The notes beneath the pieces are model-generated. The model made no database searches. It was not told the origin of the DNA and saw only the letters and a program-made list of their open reading frames with translations. Source: Gammaproteobacteria bacterium RBG_16_37_9 (GTDB lineage Bacteria; Pseudomonadota; Gammaproteobacteria; UBA9339). Taken from it: a stretch of 27,946 nucleotides of DNA. The position numbers and the translations under genes were made by a program. Shown here piece by piece: positions 1 to 8,953 of this stretch (the stretch's first letter is position 1; the number at the start of each line of letters is the position of its first letter). The stretch lies in assembly GCA_001801345.1 (NCBI GenBank), contig MGXJ01000006.1, forward strand, positions 20,760-48,705, read 5' to 3'.

Positions 1-504
1 AAGTGTCCTAAATGTGGCAAGCCTCTGATTTTACGTTTGGGTAAAAAGGGCAGGTTTATTGGGTGTAGCGGTTATCCAGAATGTGATTACACTGCCAATG
101 TCGATAAAGAAAAAAACGTAATTGAAACTGAAGTTGTTGCTGATCGCGTGTGTCCTGATTGTAATTCACCGCTACATATTAAAGTTGGGCGTTATGGTAA
201 GTTTATTGGTTGTAGTAATTATCCTAATTGCAAACATATGGAACCTTTGGAAAAACCAAGCGATACAGGGGTGAAATGTCCAATTTGTAACGAAGGTTCA
301 ATGCTTAAGAGAAAATCTCGTTATGGTAAGTATTTTTATTCATGTTCAAAATACCCAGCTTGTAAATATGCGGTTTGGAATGAACCGCTAAACGAAAAAT
401 GTCCCAAATGCGGTTGGAAAATTTTAACATCAAAAACCACTAAAAGGCGCGGGACGGAAAAAGTTTGTCCTCAGAAAGACTGCGGTTATAGTGATAAGGG
501 GTAG
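1..504 (+). CDS. topA: DNA topoisomerase I, C-terminal zinc-ribbon region (5'-truncated by window)
   Basis: Frame is open from base 1 (KCPKCGKPLILRLGKKGRFIGCSGYPECDY). It contains four tandem C4 zinc-ribbon repeats (CPxC...GxF/Y.GCSxYPxC). A standalone YrdD-like protein cannot be excluded because the 5' end is missing. Confidence 0.75.
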   Translation, partial: KCPKCGKPLILRLGKKGRFIGCSGYPECDYTANVDKEKNVIETEVVADRVCPDCNSPLHIKVGRYGKFIGCSNYPNCKHMEPLEKPSDTGVKCPICNEGSMLKRKSRYGKYFYSCSKYPACKYAVWNEPLNEKCPKCGWKILTSKTTKRRGTEKVCPQKDCGYSDKG

Positions 505-529
505 CCGCAGGCTTTAGCCTGCGGCTACC
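500..529. repeat. GTAG-type REP-like palindrome; probable bidirectional terminator between convergent topA and pgeF
   Basis: Perfect 13-bp stem GGTAGCCGCAGGC-TTTA-GCCTGCGGCTACC overlapping the topA stop. Same family as the copies at 12340-12453. Confidence 0.75.
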
Positions 530-567
530 AGATCTGATTGTAACGATTTTATGATTCAAGCTATAGA

Positions 568-1362
568 CTAACCCTCCATCCAAATCAAATTCGCCATTCT
601 GCCGGTTTTTTCGCCATCGCGTCTGAAGGAGTAGAAAAGATCTTTTTGAGTATAGGTGCAATATTCGCCACCATAAATTTTAGTTACTCCCGCATGATTT
701 AAAGATAAGGTTGCAAGTAAATAAGTATTGGCAAGAAAGCCATCATTATATTTGACAAAAGCAGATTTATTTTCAGGATTTTGTTTGAGGAAAATTTCAT
801 ACACATCGTGTTTTACTACATAAGCATTTGGTCCAATAGCAGGGCCAAGCCAAGCAAGAAGTTTTGATGGGTTAATATTCATAGCTTTAATGGTGGCTGC
901 GATAACTCCAGTTGCTATTCCTTTCCAACCCGCGTGAATTGCTGCAACTATGGTGCCGTCTTGATCGCACACTAAAATTGGCACACAATCTGCGGTCAAA
1001 ACCGCACATACCACTCCAGTATTAGTCGTAAATGCGGCGTCGGCTGTATCGGCTGTCATATCTAAAATTGGGATGTGATTCGTGGTTGGGATTGCGAGTA
1101 TCGTTCCATCAGGCTGGGTATTTTTTCCGAGTGATAAAACGATATTAGAATGGATCTGCTTTAGCCAAGATGGTTCTTGGGGTAAATTTAATTCTTGAGA
1201 TAGAATTTTGCGATTAGTCAACACTGCATCTTGATTGTCTCCAGTTATCAAGCTGAAATTAAAGCTATCATAAGGTGGTTGACTTACGCCTCCAGTGCGT
1301 TTGGTGGTGTAGGCTTTTACATTTTTTGGTGCAGGCCAGTTTGGTTTGATGTAGTTTTTCAT
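568..1362 (-). CDS. pgeF: Peptidoglycan editing factor PgeF/YfiH (purine nucleoside phosphorylase, laccase-domain family)
   Basis: Motifs PNWPAPKNV, LKQIHS, VLTADCVPIL, AAIHAGWKG, WLGPAIG and FYSFRRDG.TGRM are present. Confidence 0.93.
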   Translation of the reverse strand: MKNYIKPNWPAPKNVKAYTTKRTGGVSQPPYDSFNFSLITGDNQDAVLTNRKILSQELNLPQEPSWLKQIHSNIVLSLGKNTQPDGTILAIPTTNHIPILDMTADTADAAFTTNTGVVCAVLTADCVPILVCDQDGTIVAAIHAGWKGIATGVIAATIKAMNINPSKLLAWLGPAIGPNAYVVKHDVYEIFLKQNPENKSAFVKYNDGFLANTYLLATLSLNHAGVTKIYGGEYCTYTQKDLFYSFRRDGEKTGRMANLIWMEG

Positions 1363-2267
1363 TTTAATGCCTGAATATTATTGATGTTTTTTATTTTGCT
1401 GGGTAAAAGAGTTATTATTGCGCCGGATAAAATAATAATAGCGCCCACAATTTGGATTATTGATATTTTTTCACCAAGCAAAATAACGCCAAATATTAGC
1501 ACAGCTACAGGTTCAAAAACCGAGAGCATGGAGGCTTGTTCAGAACTGATATATTTTAGTGCTTGTAAAAAAAATAATATAGGTATTGCCGTACAAAGGG
1601 TTCCCATTCCTACTATATTAAACCATTCGTTAAAACCATTAGGTATGTTAAAAGCATCATAAACATAAGAGGCTATTAAGCATGAAATCATGCTTCCAAG
1701 GGATACCATGAGTGTTGAAATGCTTGGCGCAATGTGAGTTCTTTTGCTCGCTAATATATAACACGCATAAAGAAAAGCCGCTAATATTCCCAAAGAGATA
1801 CCTAATATATTAAAGGTAAGTTTATTTGCATTAGCCAAACATATCATGCCAATTATTATTATAAAAAAAGAGATATAGTAAGTATTTCGTAAAACCATCT
1901 TATGAAATAATACATTAAACATCATTACAATAGCGGGATAAGTAAAAAATATTACCATTGCCAATCCAGATCCAATATGCTTGCTAGACATAAAATAAAA
2001 CATTGCAGAACTAGTATAAAATACTATCCCGTATACAATAAAGAGAAGATTTTTTTTATAAGAATTGAAGATTGTTTTATATTTTGGAATTAGTATTACA
2101 CACATAAATAATGTGGCTATAGTAAATCTCCAAAATAGCATGTTAGAAATTGATAATCCGGAATTCATAAGTGAAATTCCAAAATAGCCTAAAAGGCCAT
2201 AGCATAATCCAGAGGATACGGCATATAAAACGCCACGTTGTTGTTTAAACAGAGAAATTATATTCAT
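1359..2267 (-). CDS. DMT/EamA family transporter
   Basis: 302 aa with about 10 hydrophobic segments in two EamA-like halves (FTYPAIV; SVFEPVAVLIFGVILLGE). ATGA overlaps with both neighbours. Confidence 0.88.
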   Translation of the reverse strand: MNIISLFKQQRGVLYAVSSGLCYGLLGYFGISLMNSGLSISNMLFWRFTIATLFMCVILIPKYKTIFNSYKKNLLFIVYGIVFYTSSAMFYFMSSKHIGSGLAMVIFFTYPAIVMMFNVLFHKMVLRNTYYISFFIIIIGMICLANANKLTFNILGISLGILAAFLYACYILASKRTHIAPSISTLMVSLGSMISCLIASYVYDAFNIPNGFNEWFNIVGMGTLCTAIPILFFLQALKYISSEQASMLSVFEPVAVLIFGVILLGEKISIIQIVGAIIILSGAIITLLPSKIKNINNIQALK

Positions 2268-2977
2268 AACGATAATCCGATCCTAAACAGGTCTTCTTTT
2301 GCGCTTACACAAATCATCTTTTCCTCTTTTTTATTTGGTGCTCTATTTTGAAATTTAATTTTGTAAGGGTTTTCTATAATGGCAATTGGCGTTTGTTCAT
2401 TGCCTTCACCTGTAGCAAGGGTAGCAGTTGTCGCTAAGCTATCAAGTAAGTTTATTTGACTAACTTTGAGGATGTGTCCAAAAATATCTTTTTGTCCAAT
2501 ATAACTATGGATTGGTTTAAAACCACACCAGCCGATACTAATTCCGGTAACGCCGGACCGTAGTGGGGTTATGTTGCTATCAGTAATAATTATGCCCAAC
2601 TTTTTAATATGATGTTTCTTACGCAAGTATTCCCATATTTTTTTTGAGGTCAGTTGTGGTTCTTGTGGGAGTAAAGCATAAAAGTTATTGCAATTTGATT
2701 CATCGATTCCTGCATTAGGAATCAAGCGATGATTTTTTAAGGTTAAGAAAAAATCTGGATAGTTTGCTGGACTGTCAAAACAAAACTCAGCTTGTTCGTT
2801 AATAATCTTAGATTTACCTTTTGTTTTTTTTATAATATGGTTTTCACAGGTGCTAATTATTTTACTAGATATAGCAACCACGCTGTTTTCCTTTAATTTG
2901 GGAAGATACTTGTCAAGAATAGCGAAAATCGATTCTTTTGGTTTTATTTTGTGAGTTTTGATGGTGGTTATGAGCAT
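2264..2977 (-). CDS. CofE-like gamma-glutamyl ligase (F420-0:glutamate ligase family; resembles Chlamydia CT611/FolC2-type folate ligase)
   Basis: Motifs VVAISSKIIS, PNAGIDESN, GIIITDS..TPLRSG..GISIGW.GF and GEGNEQTP.AII. Confidence 0.82.
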   Translation of the reverse strand: MLITTIKTHKIKPKESIFAILDKYLPKLKENSVVAISSKIISTCENHIIKKTKGKSKIINEQAEFCFDSPANYPDFFLTLKNHRLIPNAGIDESNCNNFYALLPQEPQLTSKKIWEYLRKKHHIKKLGIIITDSNITPLRSGVTGISIGWCGFKPIHSYIGQKDIFGHILKVSQINLLDSLATTATLATGEGNEQTPIAIIENPYKIKFQNRAPNKKEEKMICVSAKEDLFRIGLSL

Positions 2978-3089
2978 AATTTTGATTTTATATTACTACT
3001 TTATGTTTTACTATAGTAATATTAGTTTCGTGTGTAGTTACCGTTAGATAAAGTTGAGGTTTTTTTGTTTTAATTAGGAAAGATTTCAG

Positions 3090-3551
3090 ATGACAAATTC
3101 TAATACACAAGATATTTTTTTTATGCAACATGCTTTTGAACTTGCGAAAAAAGCTGGTTCGTTAGATGAGGTTCCAGTTGGCGCAGTTGTAGTGTTAAAT
3201 AATGAGATTGTTAGTGAGGGGTTTAATTGTCCTATTCATACTAATGATCCCACAGCGCATGCTGAAATTATTGCATTAAGGCAAGCCGCGCAAAAATTAA
3301 ATAATTATCGGTTACCTGAAATAACATTATATGCAACTTTAGAACCTTGTGTGATGTGTGTTGGTGCGATGCTTCATGCGAGAATAAAAAGATTGGTTTT
3401 TGGAGCATTAGATCCTAAAAGTGGTGCTATTATAAGTGTTTTTAAGATTCTAGATGAAAAAAAGTTGAATCATAGAGTTGAATTTCAATCTGGTGTTTTA
3501 GGAGACGAGTGTGGGAAGGTTTTGTCAGATTTTTTTAGGGACAAGCGTTGA
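3090..3551 (+). CDS. tadA: tRNA adenosine(34) deaminase
   Basis: EVPVGAVVV, HAE and EPCVMC zinc motifs, plus FGALDPKSGA. Confidence 0.95.
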   Translation: MTNSNTQDIFFMQHAFELAKKAGSLDEVPVGAVVVLNNEIVSEGFNCPIHTNDPTAHAEIIALRQAAQKLNNYRLPEITLYATLEPCVMCVGAMLHARIKRLVFGALDPKSGAIISVFKILDEKKLNHRVEFQSGVLGDECGKVLSDFFRDKR

Positions 3552-3618
3552 TTTTTAACATTAAAACAATATGTTGACAAATCGAAAATCAAATTTTAGT
3601 TTTGTCAGAAGAAGGTTG

Positions 3619-4572
3619 TTATATTTTAGCATCACAAAGGCACAAGCTTTTTAACAATTCTTCAAAATCTTTTGGCGGTTTAACTTCCCAAGACATTAAT
3701 TTATCGGTGCTTGGATGTTGTAATTCTAAGCGTCGAGCATGCAGTGCTTGGCGGCCAAATTGCCGTAATTTTTCGCGCAAAGTAGGATCAAGCTTTTCTG
3801 ATATTTTGTGAACATTGCTATAAGTTGGATCGCCAACTATGGGATATCCAATATGCGCCATGTGCACCCGAATTTGATGAGTGCGGCCAGTTTCTAAAGT
3901 TACTTGTATATGAGTGTAGCCGGTAAAGCGTTTGATGACGCGATAATGAGTTACAGCTGCTTTACCATTTTCTTTTACTGCCATATGGGTTCTTTTAGTT
4001 GGATGGCGTCCGATAGCAGCCTTGATCGTGCCGCCAGCAATCATTTCTCCATTTACTATTGCCTCGTACTCGCGTTTAATCTTTCTTTGTTGCAAAGCGA
4101 CAACAAGTTTATTGTGCACCATTAAATTTCTGGCTACGACCATTATTCCTGAGGTGTCTTTGTCTAAGCGATGAATAATTCCAGCGCGCGGAAGTTTAGC
4201 AAGCTCTGGATAGTGATAGAGCAGGGCATTTAACAAAGTATTATTGGCATTTCCAGCGCCGGGATGAGTAACTATTCCAGCAGGTTTATTGAGTATAATA
4301 ATATCTTGGTCTTCATAAACAATATTAAGCGCAATTGGTTGAGGTTCGAGTCGGGTGATGTTAGCGATGGTAGCTGTAACATCAACAATTTGGTTAGTAT
4401 ATACTTTATCTTTGGATCGTAGAATTTTACCATCAACAGTTATATATCCAGCTTTAACCCATTTTTGGATACGAGCGCGAGAATATTCTGGTAATAAGGT
4501 GCCCAGAGCAAGATCAAGTCGAGTTTGATCAAGAGTTTGGGGAATAGTTTTTGTAAGCTTAATTTGCGAAAT
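3619..4572 (-). CDS. rluD: 23S rRNA pseudouridine(1911/1915/1917) synthase RluD; start codon uncertain (ATT at 4572-4570) or 5'-disrupted
   Basis: The ORF track shows only 3619-4236. The same frame stays open upstream to a TAG at 4633-4635 and encodes the S4 domain (RLDLALGTLLPEYSRARIQKWVKAGYITVDG), NKPAGIVTHPGAGN and the catalytic HRLDKDTSG. There is no in-frame ATG/GTG/TTG between 4237 and 4632. Confidence 0.88.
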   Translation of the reverse strand: MSQIKLTKTIPQTLDQTRLDLALGTLLPEYSRARIQKWVKAGYITVDGKILRSKDKVYTNQIVDVTATIANITRLEPQPIALNIVYEDQDIIILNKPAGIVTHPGAGNANNTLLNALLYHYPELAKLPRAGIIHRLDKDTSGIMVVARNLMVHNKLVVALQQRKIKREYEAIVNGEMIAGGTIKAAIGRHPTKRTHMAVKENGKAAVTHYRVIKRFTGYTHIQVTLETGRTHQIRVHMAHIGYPIVGDPTYSNVHKISEKLDPTLREKLRQFGRQALHARRLELQHPSTDKLMSWEVKPPKDFEELLKSLCLCDAKI

Positions 4573-4865
4573 ATACTCCTCGCAGAATGAATTTAATGCT
4601 TTACTCAGGCACTTCCTGTGCCTTCGCCCTCGCTAAGGAACGCTCGGGCCAGCTCGCTTTGCTCGCTGTTGCAAAATTTGGCAATCCTGCCAAATTTGTG
4701 TTGCCCTTATTTTTTGCGGTCCTCATTTATGTAGAAATAAACTCCGGCCGCAAAAAATAATGGCGCCGCGCCACAAATTCGCTTGGAGCGAATTTGAATT
4801 GCCGTAGGCAAGCCCCGCGCGAAGCAGGGATAGCGCAGCGTAAAATTCATTTTGCGAGGAGTATA
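4572..4865. mobile_element. Non-autonomous MITE (ERIC-like TATAC ends, TA target duplication)
   Basis: 23-bp terminal inverted repeats with one mismatch: TATACTCCTCGCAGAATGAATTT (4572-4594) and AAATTCATTTTGCGAGGAGTATA (4843-4865). The interior is GC-rich with hairpins at 4674-4697, 4707-4760 and 4774-4796. No transposase is encoded. Confidence 0.85.
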
Positions 4866-4930
4866 GTTCCCCCTAATAACTTTACCATGAAATTCAATTT
4901 TCGTTTAGTATATCAGGACTCATTAGATGT

Positions 4931-7294
4931 CTATTTAGTGGTTTTAGCAAGATATAACCACGTTTCAACGATAGAATCCGGGGTAAGTGAAATGCTTCCA
5001 ATTCCCTCATTTGCTAACCATTTTGCAAATTCCGGGTAATCAGATGGTGCTTGGCCACAAATGCCAACGTATTTATTCTTTTGTTTGCAAGTTTTGATCA
5101 CATGATGTAATAATTTTTTAACAGCTTGATTACGTTCATCAAAAAGATGAGCAACCAAACTAGAATCTCGATCAAGACCTAAAGTTAATTGAGTTAAATC
5201 ATTTGAACCAATAGAGAAACCATCGCAAATTTTCAGGAACTCTTCGGCAAGCAAGGCATTTGAAGGAATTTCACACATCAAAATAACTTTTAGTCCCTTA
5301 TATCCTCTAACCAAACCATTTTTTGCGAGTAAATTTACTAGTTGTTTTGCTTCGTCTACGGTGCGCACGAAAGGAAACATCACTTGGGTATTGGTTAAAC
5401 CCATATTGAGAACTCGTTTTAGTGCTTCACATTCCAAAGCAAAGCAATCAGCGAATTGTTTTGCAAGGTAGCGTGAGCCACCACGAAAACCGATCATGGG
5501 ATTTTCTTCATGGGGCTCAAATAAATTGCCACCCAATAAATTTGCATATTCATTAGATTTGAAATCAGAAAATCTAACAATAATAGGTTTAGGAAAAAAT
5601 GCAGCAGCAATAGTTGAGATACCTTCGCGTAATTTTTCAATATAAAATTCAACTGGGTTTTTGTATGCTGCAGTGCGCTTAAGAACCTGTTGTTTTAATT
5701 TGGATGATAAGCTTTTGAATTGGAGAAGAGTATTAGGATGAATTCCAATAATACTGTTTATAATAAACTCGAGTCTGACTAAACCAACACCATCATTTGG
5801 TAGGTATTGATAATCAAAAGCTTTATTTGGATCAGCCAGATTCATGCAGATTTTAAAAGGTAATTTGGGCATGTTTGTAACTTTAATCTGCTTGGTTTTG
5901 ACTGGCAGGATACCTTTATAAACTTGCCCAATCTCTCCACCAGCACATGAAACTGTAATTGGCGTATGATTTTTAATTTTGGTAGTAGCGTTATTGCAGC
6001 CCACAACTGCTGGAATGCCAAGTTCGCGGGCGACAATTGCTGCATGACAAGTGCGACCGCCTCTATTGGTAGCTATGGCTTTGGCAAGCTTCATAATCGG
6101 TTCCCAATCAGGATCAGTAATATCTGCGACTAGAACTTGTCCTTCTCGCATTAAATGCATTTGTTTTGGGTTGGTTATTACGCAAGCCTTGCCTTGGCCA
6201 ATTTTTTGACCAATGCTATGGCCGCTGGTAATAATTTCACTGGTTTTTTCAAGATAGAATCTTTCTATTAGTTGGTGTTGTTCTTGGCTGCGCACGGTTT
6301 CTGGCCGCGCTTGCACTATGTAGATTTCTTTGGTTTTAGTGTTTTGTGCCCACTCTATATCCATCGGTTTTTTATAGTGTTTTTCTATTGCCACACCCAA
6401 ACGAGCGAGTTTAGTTACTGTTAAATCATCAATGCAGAATTGCTGTTGCTCTTTTTTTGTGGTCTGAACGGTTTTAGTAGTTTTAAAGCTTTTGCTATAA
6501 ATAATTTTACTGGCTTTGCTTCCTAAATTGCGTTGTAAAATTGCTGGTTTATTTTGAATTAGACTCGGTTTATAAACATAAAATTCATCTGGATTTACTT
6601 TTCCTTGCACAATTGATTCTCCAAGTCCCCAAGATGCATTAATAAAAACTACTTTGTCAAATCCAGTTTCGGTGTCTAAAGTGAACATTACACCGCTTGA
6701 GCCAAGGTCGCTGCGAGCCATGATTTGGATGCCAGCTGATATACCAACTTTTTTATGAGGGAATTTATTTTGGATGCGATAAATAATTGCGCGTTCATTA
6801 AAAAGAGAAGCATAAACTTTTTTTATGGCAAAAAGGATGTTTTTTATTCCTTTTACATTTAGAAAGGAATCGTGTTGGCCAGCAAACGATGCGCTGGGTA
6901 AATCTTCAGCTGTGGCTGAGGATCTGACAGCAAAAGTGTTTTTTTGGTTTTTGGCAAGAATATTGTATTCTTTGGTAACAGCAGCAATAAATTTACCGTT
7001 AAATTTTGCTGCAAGAATTAGTTTTTGTATCTCTTTGCTTGTTTTAGATAAATTTTTTAAATTTAACGGATCAAGAGAGTTAAGTTTGGAATATATCTGT
7101 TTATCTATCTGATTTTCAACTAGAAAATCCTTAAATGCTGTAGTGGTGGTGGCGAAACCGGCTGGGACTTTAACGTTCCCCTTGGCGAGGCTTTTTATCA
7201 TCTCGCCAAGGGAAGCATTCTTTCCGCCAACTAAAGCGATATCTTTTATGCTAAGTTGGCGGAAATTTATGACGTGTCGAATAATACTTTTCAT
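4931..7294 (-). CDS. ppsA: Phosphoenolpyruvate synthase (pyruvate, water dikinase)
   Basis: Motifs VGGKNASLGEM, AVRSSATAEDLP.ASFAGQ, DIEWA, TNRGGRTCHAAIVARELGIPAVVG and FSIGSNDLTQL. Start placed at MKSIIRH (AGGT upstream); the alternative start is 7318. Confidence 0.95.
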   Translation of the reverse strand: MKSIIRHVINFRQLSIKDIALVGGKNASLGEMIKSLAKGNVKVPAGFATTTTAFKDFLVENQIDKQIYSKLNSLDPLNLKNLSKTSKEIQKLILAAKFNGKFIAAVTKEYNILAKNQKNTFAVRSSATAEDLPSASFAGQHDSFLNVKGIKNILFAIKKVYASLFNERAIIYRIQNKFPHKKVGISAGIQIMARSDLGSSGVMFTLDTETGFDKVVFINASWGLGESIVQGKVNPDEFYVYKPSLIQNKPAILQRNLGSKASKIIYSKSFKTTKTVQTTKKEQQQFCIDDLTVTKLARLGVAIEKHYKKPMDIEWAQNTKTKEIYIVQARPETVRSQEQHQLIERFYLEKTSEIITSGHSIGQKIGQGKACVITNPKQMHLMREGQVLVADITDPDWEPIMKLAKAIATNRGGRTCHAAIVARELGIPAVVGCNNATTKIKNHTPITVSCAGGEIGQVYKGILPVKTKQIKVTNMPKLPFKICMNLADPNKAFDYQYLPNDGVGLVRLEFIINSIIGIHPNTLLQFKSLSSKLKQQVLKRTAAYKNPVEFYIEKLREGISTIAAAFFPKPIIVRFSDFKSNEYANLLGGNLFEPHEENPMIGFRGGSRYLAKQFADCFALECEALKRVLNMGLTNTQVMFPFVRTVDEAKQLVNLLAKNGLVRGYKGLKVILMCEIPSNALLAEEFLKICDGFSIGSNDLTQLTLGLDRDSSLVAHLFDERNQAVKKLLHHVIKTCKQKNKYVGICGQAPSDYPEFAKWLANEGIGSISLTPDSIVETWLYLAKTTK

Positions 7295-7397
7295 GTCGGA
7301 CCTAAAAAATATCTCCATCCATTAAGAATTACTCACGCCATTATTTTATTTATACAAAAAAGCAAAAACAATCTAAATATAAAAATTTATATCTAAA

Positions 7398-7496
7398 CTA
7401 TTTTTTTTTGCTTTTGCAGCTCTTACATTTTTTAGCTGGTTTTTTCATTGCTTTTTTAGCAACCTTTTTTTTGACAGCCTTTTTTTTAGTAGCCAT
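7398..7496 (-). CDS. Small lysine-rich, histone-like basic protein (32 aa), absent from ORF track
   Basis: Translation MATKKKAVKKKVAKKAMKKPAKKCKSCKSKKK*. Perfect TAAGGAG Shine-Dalgarno at 7504-7510, 7 nt before the ATG. Co-oriented with both flanking genes. Confidence 0.75.
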   Translation of the reverse strand: MATKKKAVKKKVAKKAMKKPAKKCKSCKSKKK

Positions 7497-7601
7497 TTTT
7501 ATTCTCCTTAAGAATTAATATTAATTTACTTCTTCAATACGAAGAAGCACGAGACATATATTAAATCAAATATAGCGATTTGCATAGCTTTTTTATTTAA
7601 C

Positions 7602-8864
7602 TTATTTTTCATTGTGATTTTCACGTAACCAGAAAGTTAAAATGAATCCTAAAAAAAATGTAATCGGCAAAATAATCAAAGCTACTTTATAATTTGTTAA
7701 CGAATAAACGCGCACTTTATCTAAAGTTTGTCCAGACCAAGTTGCGTCTAAAATTTTTCCAATCAATGGTTGTGAGGCGATTCCACCCAACATGGTTAGA
7801 GAGTTAGTAAACGCTGAAGCAGTAGCGATTAAAGGTTTGGGGCTGTTTTCTCCGCTTACAGCAAAACACAAAATTTCGAAACTAGAAAACACACCAAATA
7901 GGAACAGTAACAAATGTAATAAATTTATATTCATTGGTGGCAAATAAACTATAAGGCTGATTAAAATTGCAGACAGTAAACACCCGATGGAGATTGGAAT
8001 TTTTCTTGAACGAGTCATATCAGATATATAACCAATTAGTGGACTGCCAATGAGCCATCCCAAAAATACCATCGAACATGATACTGAGGCATTGTGATTT
8101 GGATAGGCGGTGGTTAAAAATGGAATACCCCAAAGTTCAGCAAATAGTGATAGTGCTAAATACATTGAACAAGCAATTAAACCATTAATCCACATTTGAG
8201 GATTTTTTAATATTTTAAGAAACCCTAAGAAGGTTTCACGATACTGGGGTTTTGGTTTTGTATGATTTTCTTGCAAAAGTGTTGCTTGGGGTTTATCGCG
8301 AATAATTAGCCATATGATTGGGATTAAAACCGCTCCGATAATAGTTCCAATGTTGATAGTTTGTTTCCAACCTATACTATGCACTAAAGAGCTGAGAATA
8401 ATAACTCCAAACATTCCTCCAAGCATTCCAAGAGCAGTCGTTAACCCGACAAATAAAGCAAAAAATCTCGCTGGTAGCCATGAAGCAGCAAGTTTTAATG
8501 CGCACACAAAAGCAAAGGCGCTGCCAAAACCAATTAAAAGTCTGCCAATGGATGCAATTAATAAATTGGGCGCTGCGCCAAAAATATAGCTGCCAACTGC
8601 ACAAGCTATTATTGCTAAGGTTAGAATACGTCTAGATCCGTATAGATCCAGTAATAATCCGACCACAATTTGCATCGGGGTATAAATAAAATAAAAAAAA
8701 GCTGAAAGTATACCGAATTCTGTTGCGTTTGCTTGAAAGGCTTGCATCAGTTCTTTGGCCATGACGCTTGGTTCGATGCGGAGCAAAAACTCATAACAGT
8801 AAAAAATAGCTGCCAAAGTGCAAATAATCCATCCTAGGGTAGAGGTGGTTTTGGTTTTGATCAT
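7602..8864 (-). CDS. MFS transporter
   Basis: 420 aa, about 12 TM segments, with MFS motif-A-like loops (GLLLDLYGSRR; GYISDMTRSRK). Confidence 0.9.
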   Translation of the reverse strand: MIKTKTTSTLGWIICTLAAIFYCYEFLLRIEPSVMAKELMQAFQANATEFGILSAFFYFIYTPMQIVVGLLLDLYGSRRILTLAIIACAVGSYIFGAAPNLLIASIGRLLIGFGSAFAFVCALKLAASWLPARFFALFVGLTTALGMLGGMFGVIILSSLVHSIGWKQTINIGTIIGAVLIPIIWLIIRDKPQATLLQENHTKPKPQYRETFLGFLKILKNPQMWINGLIACSMYLALSLFAELWGIPFLTTAYPNHNASVSCSMVFLGWLIGSPLIGYISDMTRSRKIPISIGCLLSAILISLIVYLPPMNINLLHLLLFLFGVFSSFEILCFAVSGENSPKPLIATASAFTNSLTMLGGIASQPLIGKILDATWSGQTLDKVRVYSLTNYKVALIILPITFFLGFILTFWLRENHNEK

Positions 8865-8953
8865 TATTGCCTCTTGATTTTAGTGGGTTTGATTTCAATG
8901 CTGGATTATATATGGTGCGGTGAAATAGAGAAACAGAAAATTATCCTATTCAA

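Noticed and set aside
4794..5039. 81-aa + strand ORF starting inside the MITE
   Set aside because: It spans the repeat and runs antisense to the ppsA 3' end, starts at TTG without a Shine-Dalgarno, and has no recognisable motif.
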